From NCBI GenBank assembly GCA_934120675.1, contig CAKOUU010000008.1:1420-65419 (forward strand): DNA of 64,000 bases, read 5' to 3'. Shown here piece by piece: positions 7,763 to 17,297 of this stretch (the first letter of the stretch is position 1; each line of letters begins with the position of its first letter). The notes under the pieces are model-generated. The model was not told the DNA's origin. It searched no databases and saw only the letters and a list, made by a program, of their open reading frames with translations. A program made the translations under genes and the position numbers. The stretch comes from an uncultured Clostridia bacterium (GTDB lineage: Bacteria > Bacillota > Clostridia > TANB77 > CAG-508).

Positions 7763-7809
7763 ATGTTAACTACGGTTAACATTATACTCTCATATGTAAT
7801 GTTTGTCAA
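7763..7809 (-). promoter_or_regulatory. Promoter with an overlapping palindromic operator upstream of the DtxR-like gene and suf operon
   Basis: Minus strand: TTGACA(7804-7809)-17-TATAAT(7781-7786). This is immediately followed by the palindrome ATGTTAAC-TACG-GTTAACAT (7763-7782). Confidence 0.55.
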
Positions 7810-7886
7810 GGCTAACAGTCAAAAAAATGACACATTTTGCTAATTTTTAGCATGTGTCATTTTTATTTATATATTTCAATAAAAAA

Positions 7887-8504
7887 CTATAAGATATTAT
7901 ATTCCTTTAATGTTTGTACAACACTTTCAAAATTATCTGGTATTACTTTTTTTCCTTGTATTCCTAATTCATTTGCTGTTTTTATATTTTTAATATTATC
8001 ATCTATAAATAAACATTCTCGTGGTATTAATTTATATCTTTCTAATAAAGTATTATAAATGCCTACATATGGTTTTACTTGGTGTTCAATATATGAAAAT
8101 ACATAACCATCTACAAGATTAAATAGTTTGTTATCTTTTATGTGATTATAAGTATGTGAATTTATATTTGATAATAAATATATTTTATAATCTTTTTCTT
8201 TTAATTCTTTTATTATATCTATTACATTATCATTTATAAAACTATAATCATTATATCTATACCAAAATTTTTCAATTAATTCATCATTTATATGATTAGT
8301 TCTATCTTCAACAATTTCAATTGCTTGCTCTCTTGAAATAAAACCTGTATCTATTAATGAATATTGTAACCACTCTGGTGAATTAATTATATTGTTTATT
8401 ATAAATTGTTTTTCACTTTCTTTTTTTGTAAAATTAGGTATTACTTCTTTTATATCAAATTGTAAAATTACATTTCCTATATCAAATATAATATTTTTAA
8501 TCAT
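7887..8504 (-). CDS. HAD-superfamily hydrolase (subfamily IA-like)
   Basis: 205 aa with N-terminal IIFDIGNVIL, LLSNINS, and the C-terminal motif CLFIDDNIKNIKTANELG. Confidence 0.75.
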   Translation of the reverse strand: MIKNIIFDIGNVILQFDIKEVIPNFTKKESEKQFIINNIINSPEWLQYSLIDTGFISREQAIEIVEDRTNHINDELIEKFWYRYNDYSFINDNVIDIIKELKEKDYKIYLLSNINSHTYNHIKDNKLFNLVDGYVFSYIEHQVKPYVGIYNTLLERYKLIPRECLFIDDNIKNIKTANELGIQGKKVIPDNFESVVQTLKEYNIL

Positions 8505-8570
8505 TTTTTTCTCCTAAACTTTGTTCTATAATATAATTTTTTTTTATAATAATATTATATCTAAAATAAT

Positions 8571-11500
8571 CTATTTATTATTTAATTTATATGGAGGTGA
8601 TAATTTACTAATTCCAAAACATCCACCTGCAAATAGTAATTCACCTGTTTTAGGATTAACTTCTAGAGAATTTGTTTCAAAACCACCTTGTCTTCCTTGT
8701 TTTACAATAGAATTTGTTGTATTACTTGTTATAACTTGGAAAGATTTCCCTCCATCAACTGAACGATATAATGCACAATCATTTAAAAATGTATTTCCAG
8801 CTCCACCACAGTAAATTATATTAGGATCTATTGGGTCTACTGCAACCTTAGAAATGCAATACCCACCTTTTAAGTTTACAGGAGCTCTCTTATATTCGTC
8901 AACATATCTATTTAATACACATTCTACACTACCATCTTTTGTAGATGTTTTGTATAAATATCCACCTTCACATGCTGCATATGCCACTTCGTTTTTCCAG
9001 TCATATGCTACATCCATTACATGTGCTGATGCGTATTTAGGATTTGGTATAAATTCTGTATTATTTACTTTTTGCCAAGTCTTTCCATCATCATAAGATG
9101 TTACAATATATTTTCCAGTTTCGTCCATTCCATATAATTCTTTTTGACCTTTTGGGTTATGTGTATAAACATTTATACATCCATCCATTTTTGCCCAAGT
9201 ATGTCCACCGTCTTCACTTCTTAAGTCACATGCAAATAATACTTTTGGATTTGTTGGTGACTGGTATGATGATTCTATTCCTGCATTTATGTTTTCTTTT
9301 GTAAAATACATTCCTGTATCTACAATTGTTTTTCCACCATCAAATGTGATTTTCAATTTTCTTGGATTATGCCATGCATCTGAAACTCCAACAAAATATG
9401 TATTTTCATCTACTGCATACCCACCATAGCAGAAGCCACCCCATCTGTATCCTGACATACTAATATATTTCCAAGTTTTTCCGCCATCTGTTGTAACACA
9501 TCCATCATAATCTTGTGAGCCAAAATATATAATGTCTGGGTTATATACATTGTAGTGAACATTTCCTCCACTTAAAATTCCTGTAATTCCGTTGCTGTTC
9601 CATTTAAAAGTTTTTCCACTATCAGTACTTGAACTTGCATAATCTCCTTGTGTATGTATCCAAACTTTGTTTTCATCAACAGTACTCCACATAGGAATGC
9701 TCATTCTGTTATTATATGGCATAAAACTTAATTCATCTGATAATGTTGAAATTTTCCATGTCTTTCCGCCATCTATACTGTAATATGGATAATTTTGATA
9801 TGTTCCTTGTCTATCTATGACTATCATCTTATTTGAATTTAATGGACTTACTTTTATGTTCATTGGTTGTGTTGTTGGATATGAAGTTGATTCTATTTTA
9901 CTAAAAGTTTTTCTATCTTTTGAAATATGTACTCCATTATTATTGCAGTAATAAACATTTATTTTATTATTTTTTTGCGCTGTTAAATCTAGTCCTGTAA
10001 TAGTATCATTCACTATTTTTTCAAAGTTTTCACCTTTATCAGAGCTGTAATATATTCCATCTTTTCTTGAAACATATACATCCCCTGTATATGGATTTAT
10101 TTTTATTGTTCCATCACTTAAATCATTATTTACAAGATTCCAAGTATAGCCACCATCTGTTGTTTTATATAAACCCTTTTCGCTTTCTTCTAGATAATTG
10201 TCTTCTGTTTCATATGCTGTTGACCAATATGCAACCATACATCTATTTTTTTCTTGATTATATGATGATTCATCATATGCTATTGCTTCCCTTACATCTC
10301 TATGCCCTTTTACTAACATCATTTTAGTAAACTTCCATGATTTTCCCCCGTCTTCTGAAATATAAAGTCCATTTGTATTAAATGGTGAGCTATTTATTCC
10401 AACAGCTACAACATATGATGGATTTTTAGGATCTATTGAAAACGCTCCTACTCCTCTTGACTGTAATCCTGCATTTGATTGCTCCCAGTTTTGGCCTCCA
10501 TCTTCTGAACGATAAACTCCACCTACATCTGTTCCATATAATAACAATTTTCCGTCTTTGCTTATAGCCATTCCAATTGGCCATTGACATCCTTCTCCAC
10601 CTGTTGTGACTCCTTGTTTTTGCAACAATTCCTTTGAAACCATTGGCACTGCTGACCATGATGTTATATTTGTTACATTGTTTTTATCATAAGGACATTC
10701 TTTGTGTTGTTGTATCAATAATGATAAATCTATTATGCTTAATTTACTATCACTGTTCATGTCTGCTTGTTCTAATGATGTTACATTTTTTGATTTTATT
10801 AAATATTCTTGCATTATTTCTATATCTTCATCATCTATAACAGAACTTTGGTTTACATCTCCTAAAAATATTTCTGATGCTGCAAATACTGTACTTTGAC
10901 TTATTAGTATTCCACAAATTATAAGCATCATCATTGTTTTTCCACATTTTTTACTCTTATGGTAAAATACTATTGATAAAATTGCAAAAACAAATATTGA
11001 AATTAACAAAGCCCATCCTTTTCCTGTTTTAGGTAGAATATTTGGTAATATTTCTTTATGCTTTTTTTCTAGTTCCAAATCATTGTTATTTGTATTGTTT
11101 TTATTTTCTGAATTTGATGGTGTTTCAATTTTATTTTCTTCATCATTTTTTTCTGCTGACTTTTCTTTTATTAATATTTTCTGTGTTAATTTTTCATTTT
11201 TAAATTCTATATTTCCATCTGATGCTACTATTCCATCTATAGTTATTTCAGTATTTTCAATGTTTGCATTGTCTTTTGCTTTTAATTTTATTTTCAAAAT
11301 TTCTTTGTTTGTTTTGTCTTGCTTGTTAATTACATTGAATTCCTTATTATCTTTATTGTATTTTATGCTTTCCCAACCTTCTTTAGTTTCAAAATTACTT
11401 TCATCTATTTTTTCCCAAATATTTTCGTCATAATTTATTTTTGCTTGGAATGCATTGATTTGTTCCTCACTATTTATTTTTAATGTTACTGATGTTTCTT

Positions 11501-11660
11501 CTCCTTGTTTTATTTCTGTTTTCTCTGTTTCTAAACTGCAACTCAATGATTTTTCTGTTGCTTGTATTTTGTTATTGATTAATAAAGTTCCTGTAATTAT
11601 TAGTATTATTGTTATTAAAAAAACTACCCTTTTTTTCATTATTTTTCTCCCAAAATTCAA
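8571..11660 (-). CDS. Composite secreted protein in one ORF: signal peptide, cohesin-like module, LPKTG sorting signal, second signal-like segment, dockerin, BNR/Asp-box beta-propeller (GH74/sialidase-like)
   Basis: Cohesin-like INAFQAKINYDENIWEKI. LPKTG (nt 11022-11036) followed by WALLISIFVFAILSIVFY and HKSKK. MMMLIICGILISQSTVFA-ASE (from nt 10934). Dockerin loops DVNQSSVIDDED and DMNSDSKLSIIDL. At least 10 Asp-boxes (SEDGGQNW, SEDGGKSW, TTDGGYTW, SIDGGKTW, ...). Confidence 0.8.
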   Translation of the reverse strand: MNFGRKIMKKRVVFLITIILIITGTLLINNKIQATEKSLSCSLETEKTEIKQGEETSVTLKINSEEQINAFQAKINYDENIWEKIDESNFETKEGWESIKYNKDNKEFNVINKQDKTNKEILKIKLKAKDNANIENTEITIDGIVASDGNIEFKNEKLTQKILIKEKSAEKNDEENKIETPSNSENKNNTNNNDLELEKKHKEILPNILPKTGKGWALLISIFVFAILSIVFYHKSKKCGKTMMMLIICGILISQSTVFAASEIFLGDVNQSSVIDDEDIEIMQEYLIKSKNVTSLEQADMNSDSKLSIIDLSLLIQQHKECPYDKNNVTNITSWSAVPMVSKELLQKQGVTTGGEGCQWPIGMAISKDGKLLLYGTDVGGVYRSEDGGQNWEQSNAGLQSRGVGAFSIDPKNPSYVVAVGINSSPFNTNGLYISEDGGKSWKFTKMMLVKGHRDVREAIAYDESSYNQEKNRCMVAYWSTAYETEDNYLEESEKGLYKTTDGGYTWNLVNNDLSDGTIKINPYTGDVYVSRKDGIYYSSDKGENFEKIVNDTITGLDLTAQKNNKINVYYCNNNGVHISKDRKTFSKIESTSYPTTQPMNIKVSPLNSNKMIVIDRQGTYQNYPYYSIDGGKTWKISTLSDELSFMPYNNRMSIPMWSTVDENKVWIHTQGDYASSSTDSGKTFKWNSNGITGILSGGNVHYNVYNPDIIYFGSQDYDGCVTTDGGKTWKYISMSGYRWGGFCYGGYAVDENTYFVGVSDAWHNPRKLKITFDGGKTIVDTGMYFTKENINAGIESSYQSPTNPKVLFACDLRSEDGGHTWAKMDGCINVYTHNPKGQKELYGMDETGKYIVTSYDDGKTWQKVNNTEFIPNPKYASAHVMDVAYDWKNEVAYAACEGGYLYKTSTKDGSVECVLNRYVDEYKRAPVNLKGGYCISKVAVDPIDPNIIYCGGAGNTFLNDCALYRSVDGGKSFQVITSNTTNSIVKQGRQGGFETNSLEVNPKTGELLFAGGCFGISKLSPPYKLNNK

Positions 11661-11716
11661 ATTATATATTTATATCTTATCATAATAAAATATAAATTAC
11701 TATAATATAACAAAAA

Positions 11717-12055
11717 AAATAACACATTTATTAATTCTGTGTTTACAATTCACAGCTTTTAAAAAATTTTGTGTGCAAGTTGCCCCCCCTTAAGGGTTAT
11801 ATATATTTGATATTGTATTCGTTTGATTGAAGTGAAAAATAGAAAATCTTAAATAAATAACTGAGGAATGCTCACGGAAGAAATGTATATATGTATATTT
11901 CTGTCCTAAGTGAGAGAGGCTCAGTTTGATATTTTAGATTTTCTTTTTAAACGTAATGAACAGGATACAATATCAAATATATATAACCCTTAAGGGGGGG
12001 CAACTTGCACACAAAATTTTTTAAAAGCTGTGAATTGTAACATTATGTGTTATTT
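11717..12055. repeat. 339-bp nested palindrome with 76-bp perfect arms (MITE-like or cruciform element)
   Basis: 11743-11818 matches the reverse complement of 11965-12040 at 76/76 (TTACAATTCACAGCTTTTAAAAAATTTTGTGTGCAAGTTGCCCCCCCTTAAGGG...). The outer AAATAACACAT (11717-11727) pairs with 12045-12055. The 146-nt centre is itself an imperfect palindrome. Confidence 0.9.
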
Positions 12056-12060
12056 ATTCT

Positions 12061-12837
12061 TTATCCCAACGCAACATCCAATATCATCATAATTGTAAAA
12101 CCAATTGCTACACCAATAGTACCAATATTAGAATGTTCTCCTGCTTGTGACTCCGGAATTAATTCTTCTACAACGACGTAAATCATTGCACCAGCTGCAA
12201 AAGAAAGCAAATATGGCAAAATTGGAACAACTGCATTTGTAAGAAGTATTGTAATTAGCGCACCAATTGGTTCAACAATCCCTGACAAAGTACCATATAA
12301 AAATGCTCTTGACTTTGATACTCCTTCACTTTTTAATGGCATTGAAATAATTGCACCCTCTGGAAAGTTTTGTATAGCAATTCCAACTGCTAGTGCAAAA
12401 GCCCCTGCCATTGTAATTCCTGCATTTTGTGCTAGTGCTCCTGCAAAAGTAACCCCAACTGCCATTCCTTCTGGTATGTTGTGTAATGTTACCGCAAATA
12501 CCATCATTGTTGTCTTCTTCAACTTTGCTTTCATCCCTTCTGGCTTTTCACTTTCTAAGTGCATATGTGGGACTACACTATCTAATACTAAAAGAAACAC
12601 AATTCCTAATAAAAATCCTATTGCCGCTGGAATCCAAGCAACTTTTCCTTGTGTTTCTGTCATTTCTATTGATGGTATTAATAATGACCATACTGATGCT
12701 GCTATCATTACTCCTGATGCAAATCCTAATAAAATTTTTTCTACTTTTTTATTCATTTCTTTTTTCATTAGAAATACCATTGCAGCTCCAAGTGTTGTGC
12801 CTAAAAATGGTATTGCAAGTCCAATAACTAAATCCAT
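12061..12837 (-). CDS. zupT: ZIP-family divalent metal transporter (ZupT-like)
   Basis: 258 aa, polytopic, with HNIPEGMAVGV and QNFPEGAIISMPL, the ZIP signature helices. Confidence 0.85.
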   Translation of the reverse strand: MDLVIGLAIPFLGTTLGAAMVFLMKKEMNKKVEKILLGFASGVMIAASVWSLLIPSIEMTETQGKVAWIPAAIGFLLGIVFLLVLDSVVPHMHLESEKPEGMKAKLKKTTMMVFAVTLHNIPEGMAVGVTFAGALAQNAGITMAGAFALAVGIAIQNFPEGAIISMPLKSEGVSKSRAFLYGTLSGIVEPIGALITILLTNAVVPILPYLLSFAAGAMIYVVVEELIPESQAGEHSNIGTIGVAIGFTIMMILDVALG

Positions 12838-12934
12838 ATTTTTCCTCCTTGATTTTTTATTTTTTTCGTGCTATTATACTTGTTAGAATTAATTCATTTC
12901 ATATAATTAAATTTTGAAAGGTAGGTGTATCTTG

Positions 12935-13111
12935 ATGAGTAAAAAGACAAAAAACAAAAGACCTGCTGAGATGTTTGCTGAACGGCTTCGTATGTCAAAT
13001 TCAGATTTAAAGGTAATCTTAGCAATGGATCAGCTAAGACGTAAAAAGCAGGAAGAAAGATTATCCGATGAAGAAATCGTTTCTTCTAGCAAACAGATTT
13101 ATTATTTTTAA
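12935..13111 (+). CDS. Hypothetical small basic protein
   Basis: MSKKTKNKRPAEMFAERLRMSNSDLK... is the internal Met of track ORF 12914..13111, with SD GAAAGGTAGG upstream. Locally higher GC. Followed by a strong terminator. Confidence 0.4.
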   Translation: MSKKTKNKRPAEMFAERLRMSNSDLKVILAMDQLRRKKQEERLSDEEIVSSSKQIYYF

Positions 13112-13117
13112 TTCAGA

Positions 13118-13144
13118 CAGAGCCTACAATGTAGACTCTGTTTT
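13118..13144 (+). terminator. Intrinsic terminator between convergent genes
   Basis: Stem CAGAGCCTAC-AAT-GTAGACTCTG followed by TTTT. Confidence 0.6.
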
Positions 13145-14931
13145 CATAAATGCTCTTCAAGATATTCTTTTGAAATTTTTATAGTAGTTGGTCTTCCATG
13201 TGGGCAAGTATATGGATTATTCAAACTCAACAAACTTTGTATTAAATTTTCAACCTCTTGTTTACTTAAATCCATATTAGCCTTAACAGCAGCCTTACAA
13301 GCAACTGTCGCAATAAATCTTTCTTCAACATCTTTTATTGAAGTTCTCTCATTTGTTAACATCTCATCCAAAATATCCATAAAAATATTTTGAGTTTTCG
13401 CTTTATACTCTAAATCAGGTATTCCATTTATTTTGACTGAATTTTCTCCAAATAATTCTATATCGAATCCTGTATTTATAAGCATCTCCATATTGTTTTT
13501 AACAAATTCCATTTCTCTATGTGTTAAATTTATAACTTCTGGCAACAACATCATTTGGCTGTTTTGACTAACTTTTTGTTTATAGTTTTCTTTTATTTTT
13601 TCATATAAAACTCTTTCGTGTGCTGCATGTTGGTCTATTAAAAATAGTTCATTTTCAACTTCTATTACTATAAATGTTCGGAATAATATTCCTAAATATT
13701 TGTATTTTACAATTCTTGATTCTTCCCTTTTTCTTAATTCATTTTTTAAATTTGTATCTACCTTTTCAGTAATATTTTGTCCTTGATTTTCATATGTCAA
13801 GTTTATGTTTTTTTCTTCCTGATTTGAAAATTTATTCTTGAAACTATATTCTGTCTTTTCAGAGAATTCATTTGTTAAAAAATCTAACTCATTTTGAATA
13901 TATTCTTCGTTGTGTTCCTCATTTTCATTATTTCCCAAAAACTCAAATTTAAGCATTGTACTTTTTATTGCATGGTACAAAACCTTATAAATTTTATCCT
14001 CATCCTTGAACCTAACTTCCATTTTAGTTGGATGAACATTCACATCATAAAAATCTGCAGGCATATCTAAATTTAAAATATAAAAACCATATTTACCAAT
14101 ACCCACTCCACCTTTAAAAGCCTGGTCTGCACTATTGATTAATACATTATTTTTTATATTTCTTTTATTCAAAAATAATATCTGCTCTTTTCTATTATCT
14201 CTGGAAATCATTGTATTTCCTATCACACCTGTAACTTTGATATTGTCACTTTCGTAATTTACTTCGAGCAAATTTTCTTTTATTTCTTTGCCATACATTA
14301 AATATATGATATCTAAAATATTGCCATTTCCATTAGTAAAAAATACGCTCTTTCCGTCATTCAATAGTCTAAAAGATATATTAGGGTTTGCAAGTGCTAC
14401 CTTTTGAACCCAGTCTTTTATATATCTATATTCAGTAGTATCTTGCTTTAAAAATTTATATCTGACAGGCGTATTAAAAAATAGATTTTCTACTGAGATG
14501 GTTGTTCCAACTTGCATCCCACATTCTTCCGCTTTTATAATGTTTCCTGCTTTTGCAACTAATTTTGTTCCTGTAAACTCATCTTTTGTTTTAGACTGCA
14601 TTGTCAAAATTGATATTGCACTAATACTTGCTAACGCCTCTCCTCTGAACCCCATTGTATATGTTTTTTCCAAATCTTCAACTTTTCGTATCTTACTTGT
14701 AGCATGTCTTTCCAAAGATATTGCCATATCTTCTCGACCAATGCCTTTTCCGTTATCCGTAATTTTTATAAATGTTTTTCCGCCATTTTTAACTTCTATT
14801 ATTATTTTATTTGCACCTGCATCAATAGAATTTTCTACTAACTCTTTTACTACATTTGCAGGTCTTTCTATAACTTCACCTGCTGCTATTTTGTTTATTG
14901 TTAAATCATCTAATAAAACTATGTTTCCCAA
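13144..14931 (-). CDS. mutL: DNA mismatch repair protein MutL (full length, TTG start)
   Basis: 595 aa with [50 protein letters not shown], and the C-terminal endonuclease-domain context DQHAAHERVLYE. Confidence 0.92.
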   Translation of the reverse strand: MGNIVLLDDLTINKIAAGEVIERPANVVKELVENSIDAGANKIIIEVKNGGKTFIKITDNGKGIGREDMAISLERHATSKIRKVEDLEKTYTMGFRGEALASISAISILTMQSKTKDEFTGTKLVAKAGNIIKAEECGMQVGTTISVENLFFNTPVRYKFLKQDTTEYRYIKDWVQKVALANPNISFRLLNDGKSVFFTNGNGNILDIIYLMYGKEIKENLLEVNYESDNIKVTGVIGNTMISRDNRKEQILFLNKRNIKNNVLINSADQAFKGGVGIGKYGFYILNLDMPADFYDVNVHPTKMEVRFKDEDKIYKVLYHAIKSTMLKFEFLGNNENEEHNEEYIQNELDFLTNEFSEKTEYSFKNKFSNQEEKNINLTYENQGQNITEKVDTNLKNELRKREESRIVKYKYLGILFRTFIVIEVENELFLIDQHAAHERVLYEKIKENYKQKVSQNSQMMLLPEVINLTHREMEFVKNNMEMLINTGFDIELFGENSVKINGIPDLEYKAKTQNIFMDILDEMLTNERTSIKDVEERFIATVACKAAVKANMDLSKQEVENLIQSLLSLNNPYTCPHGRPTTIKISKEYLEEHL

Positions 14932-14981
14932 ATTTTATTCCATCTCTTTCTTAAATAACAAAATACTCACATTTTTCAACA

Positions 14982-17276
14982 CTATTCATTTCCCTTCAAA
15001 CTAGTTACCATATCAATTCTCTTAACTTTTCTTGATAAGACTTTGTTTACAATTATAGAAACCACAAGACTTCCAACAACTGCATACAAATAAGAAACTG
15101 GTTTTATATAAGCATTAAAATCATAATTCTCTCCAAGTGCTGATTTAAATATATAGTCTAACATCCAAAATCCAAGTGGCAAGCCAATAACAATTCCAGC
15201 TACAGTCAACCATAAATTTTGTTTAACAAATATATTTTTAATTTGTTTGTCTTTAAATCCCAATACTTTTAATGTTGCAAATTGATATTGTTTTTCTGTG
15301 AATGATAATATTCCTAAATTATAAATTATTACAAATCCTAATATGGCTGATACAACAATTAATAGAACTACCATTGTTTCCGTTGTTTCTAACATACTTT
15401 CCATTCCTTGTTTTAGTGTTGCTATACTTTGGATAGTATCTACTCCATCAATTGTTTTGGTATTAATTAAATTTTCATCTGTATAGACTGTATCTGCCTT
15501 GTATGTTAGTCCTAATGATTCATAATATTTTCTGGTCATATTTAATTGTTGATTTTGTGGGTCGCGGTTTAATCCAGCAATTTTGCAAGTGTACCAATTA
15601 TCATCTCCAAATATGTGCCATGTAATTTCATCTCCGACTTTTAATCCATATTTTTCAGATAGTTTTTCTGTAATGTAAATTCCATCATCTTTTAAATCCA
15701 TATATTCTTTATTGTGGTTTGTGTATTTTAATTTGTTTGGTGCGTCATTTACAGTTAAGGTATTTGTTTCTTTTTTGTCAACATTTTTTATTTCTATTCC
15801 AAATGATTCACTTGTTTCATTTCCATATTTTTCTGTAATATTAGTAAATTGGTCATCTGTGTAATTATTTGAAAGTGAAAGTTTATATTCAAAATTGCTT
15901 ATTTTATCAAATTCCCAACTTAAATATGATTTCATTGTATCCATCATTCCAAATGCGCATAACATAAGCATTGTACATCCTGTTATTCCTACAATTGCCA
16001 TCAAACTTCTACCTTTATTTCTCCCCACATCTCTTAAATTCCATCTTGTAGAAATTGATGCTTTTTTGAATATTCCCTTTGTTGTTAAATCAAATTTTGT
16101 GCTTTTAACCTTTGGTATTTCAATTCTTAGAGCTTCAACTGCTGATTCTTTTAATATACTTCTACAAGATAAATATGTTACAAGCGTGATTAATGCAACT
16201 ACTGCAATTGCTAGTATATACACAACTGGAATTAGTACTGTGTTATATACCGGTACTTCAAAGTAACTCATTTCCATATTTAAGAAAAATGTTCCTAATC
16301 CATATTTACCAGCCAAAAGTCCTACTACACTTGCAACTAAACTGATTATAAATCCATACCCAACATAATGATTTATTATTTTTCTATTTTTAAATCCAAG
16401 TGCTTTTAGTGTTCCAATTTGTGTTCTTTGTTTTTTTACAAATCTGTTCATCGTTGTTGTTACTGACAATACTGCTATAAACAAAAATAAAAATGTAAAT
16501 ACTCCTGAATATGTTGTTCCTTCTTCTATTTCTGAATTATATCCTTTGTATGAAACACTTGATTCTCTGTCTGTTACTGCTATTGCTGATTTTATATTAT
16601 TCTCTAAGTTTGCTTTTGTTTCTTGCGTTTTGTCTGTGTTGTCCACATCAACTATTATTTGATTAAAAATTTGTGGCATTCCTTGTGGTAATTCATTTAT
16701 TGATAAATACATATATCCATAATTTTTGTGTGTTGGGAATATTTCTGTATCATCTTTTACAAAATATACATGGTCTGGTGTATTTACTAATCCTGCTATT
16801 TTTTCTGTTATTTTCATATTTTGATATGTAACCGTTATTTCGTCTCCAACTTTTAAGTCTAGATTTTTAGCTAAATAGCTGTCAAACCATACTCCTTTTT
16901 TGTCTTTGCTAAATTCTTCACCATCTACAACATACATTTTTGAGATGTTGTTAGATTCTATAAAATTTGTATCTAATGTTACACCGTCTTTGTTTTCAAG
17001 CTCTGTTTTTATTGTTAACATTCTTTCTGCATCTTTTACATTTTCTGTATTTTTTACTTTCTCCAGGTCTTCTGTACTAAAGTTTTCACCTGATAACCAT
17101 ATATCTTGAAAATTGTTGTCTTTATAATATTTGTCTGCACTTTTTTCCATTCCATCCATATATGCGTGTATTCCTGCAAATACAAATACTCCTAAAAATA
17201 CCATTATGAAAATATTAAAAAATTGCATTTTGTTTTGTTTTATATCTCGTAATCTTTTTTTACTTAATCTTTTCAT
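14982..17276 (-). CDS. ABC transporter permease, double FtsX/MacB-type
   Basis: 764 aa. An N-terminal TM is followed by a large extracytoplasmic domain and FtsX-like 4-TM bundles, twice. It is coupled to the ATPase at 17330-18040. Confidence 0.8.
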   Translation of the reverse strand: MKRLSKKRLRDIKQNKMQFFNIFIMVFLGVFVFAGIHAYMDGMEKSADKYYKDNNFQDIWLSGENFSTEDLEKVKNTENVKDAERMLTIKTELENKDGVTLDTNFIESNNISKMYVVDGEEFSKDKKGVWFDSYLAKNLDLKVGDEITVTYQNMKITEKIAGLVNTPDHVYFVKDDTEIFPTHKNYGYMYLSINELPQGMPQIFNQIIVDVDNTDKTQETKANLENNIKSAIAVTDRESSVSYKGYNSEIEEGTTYSGVFTFLFLFIAVLSVTTTMNRFVKKQRTQIGTLKALGFKNRKIINHYVGYGFIISLVASVVGLLAGKYGLGTFFLNMEMSYFEVPVYNTVLIPVVYILAIAVVALITLVTYLSCRSILKESAVEALRIEIPKVKSTKFDLTTKGIFKKASISTRWNLRDVGRNKGRSLMAIVGITGCTMLMLCAFGMMDTMKSYLSWEFDKISNFEYKLSLSNNYTDDQFTNITEKYGNETSESFGIEIKNVDKKETNTLTVNDAPNKLKYTNHNKEYMDLKDDGIYITEKLSEKYGLKVGDEITWHIFGDDNWYTCKIAGLNRDPQNQQLNMTRKYYESLGLTYKADTVYTDENLINTKTIDGVDTIQSIATLKQGMESMLETTETMVVLLIVVSAILGFVIIYNLGILSFTEKQYQFATLKVLGFKDKQIKNIFVKQNLWLTVAGIVIGLPLGFWMLDYIFKSALGENYDFNAYIKPVSYLYAVVGSLVVSIIVNKVLSRKVKRIDMVTSLKGNE

Positions 17277-17297
17277 TTTTTATTACATTCCTCCTTT

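Noticed and set aside
10426-10659. A same-strand, out-of-frame 77-aa ORF inside the BNR-propeller gene.
   Set aside because: It overlaps a region with clear Asp-box repeats in the main frame. It is Arg/Trp-rich and has no start context.
12476-12886. Long antisense ORFs in the track that lie inside well-supported genes, e.g. 1085..1435, 5390..5722, 12476..12886, 14498..15004, 23078..23602, 26523..27170, 29115..29612, 36489..37160, 50243..50743.
   Set aside because: These are shadow ORFs opposite strongly identified genes in AT-rich DNA. They have low-complexity Leu/Phe/Ser-rich translations and no SD or promoter support.
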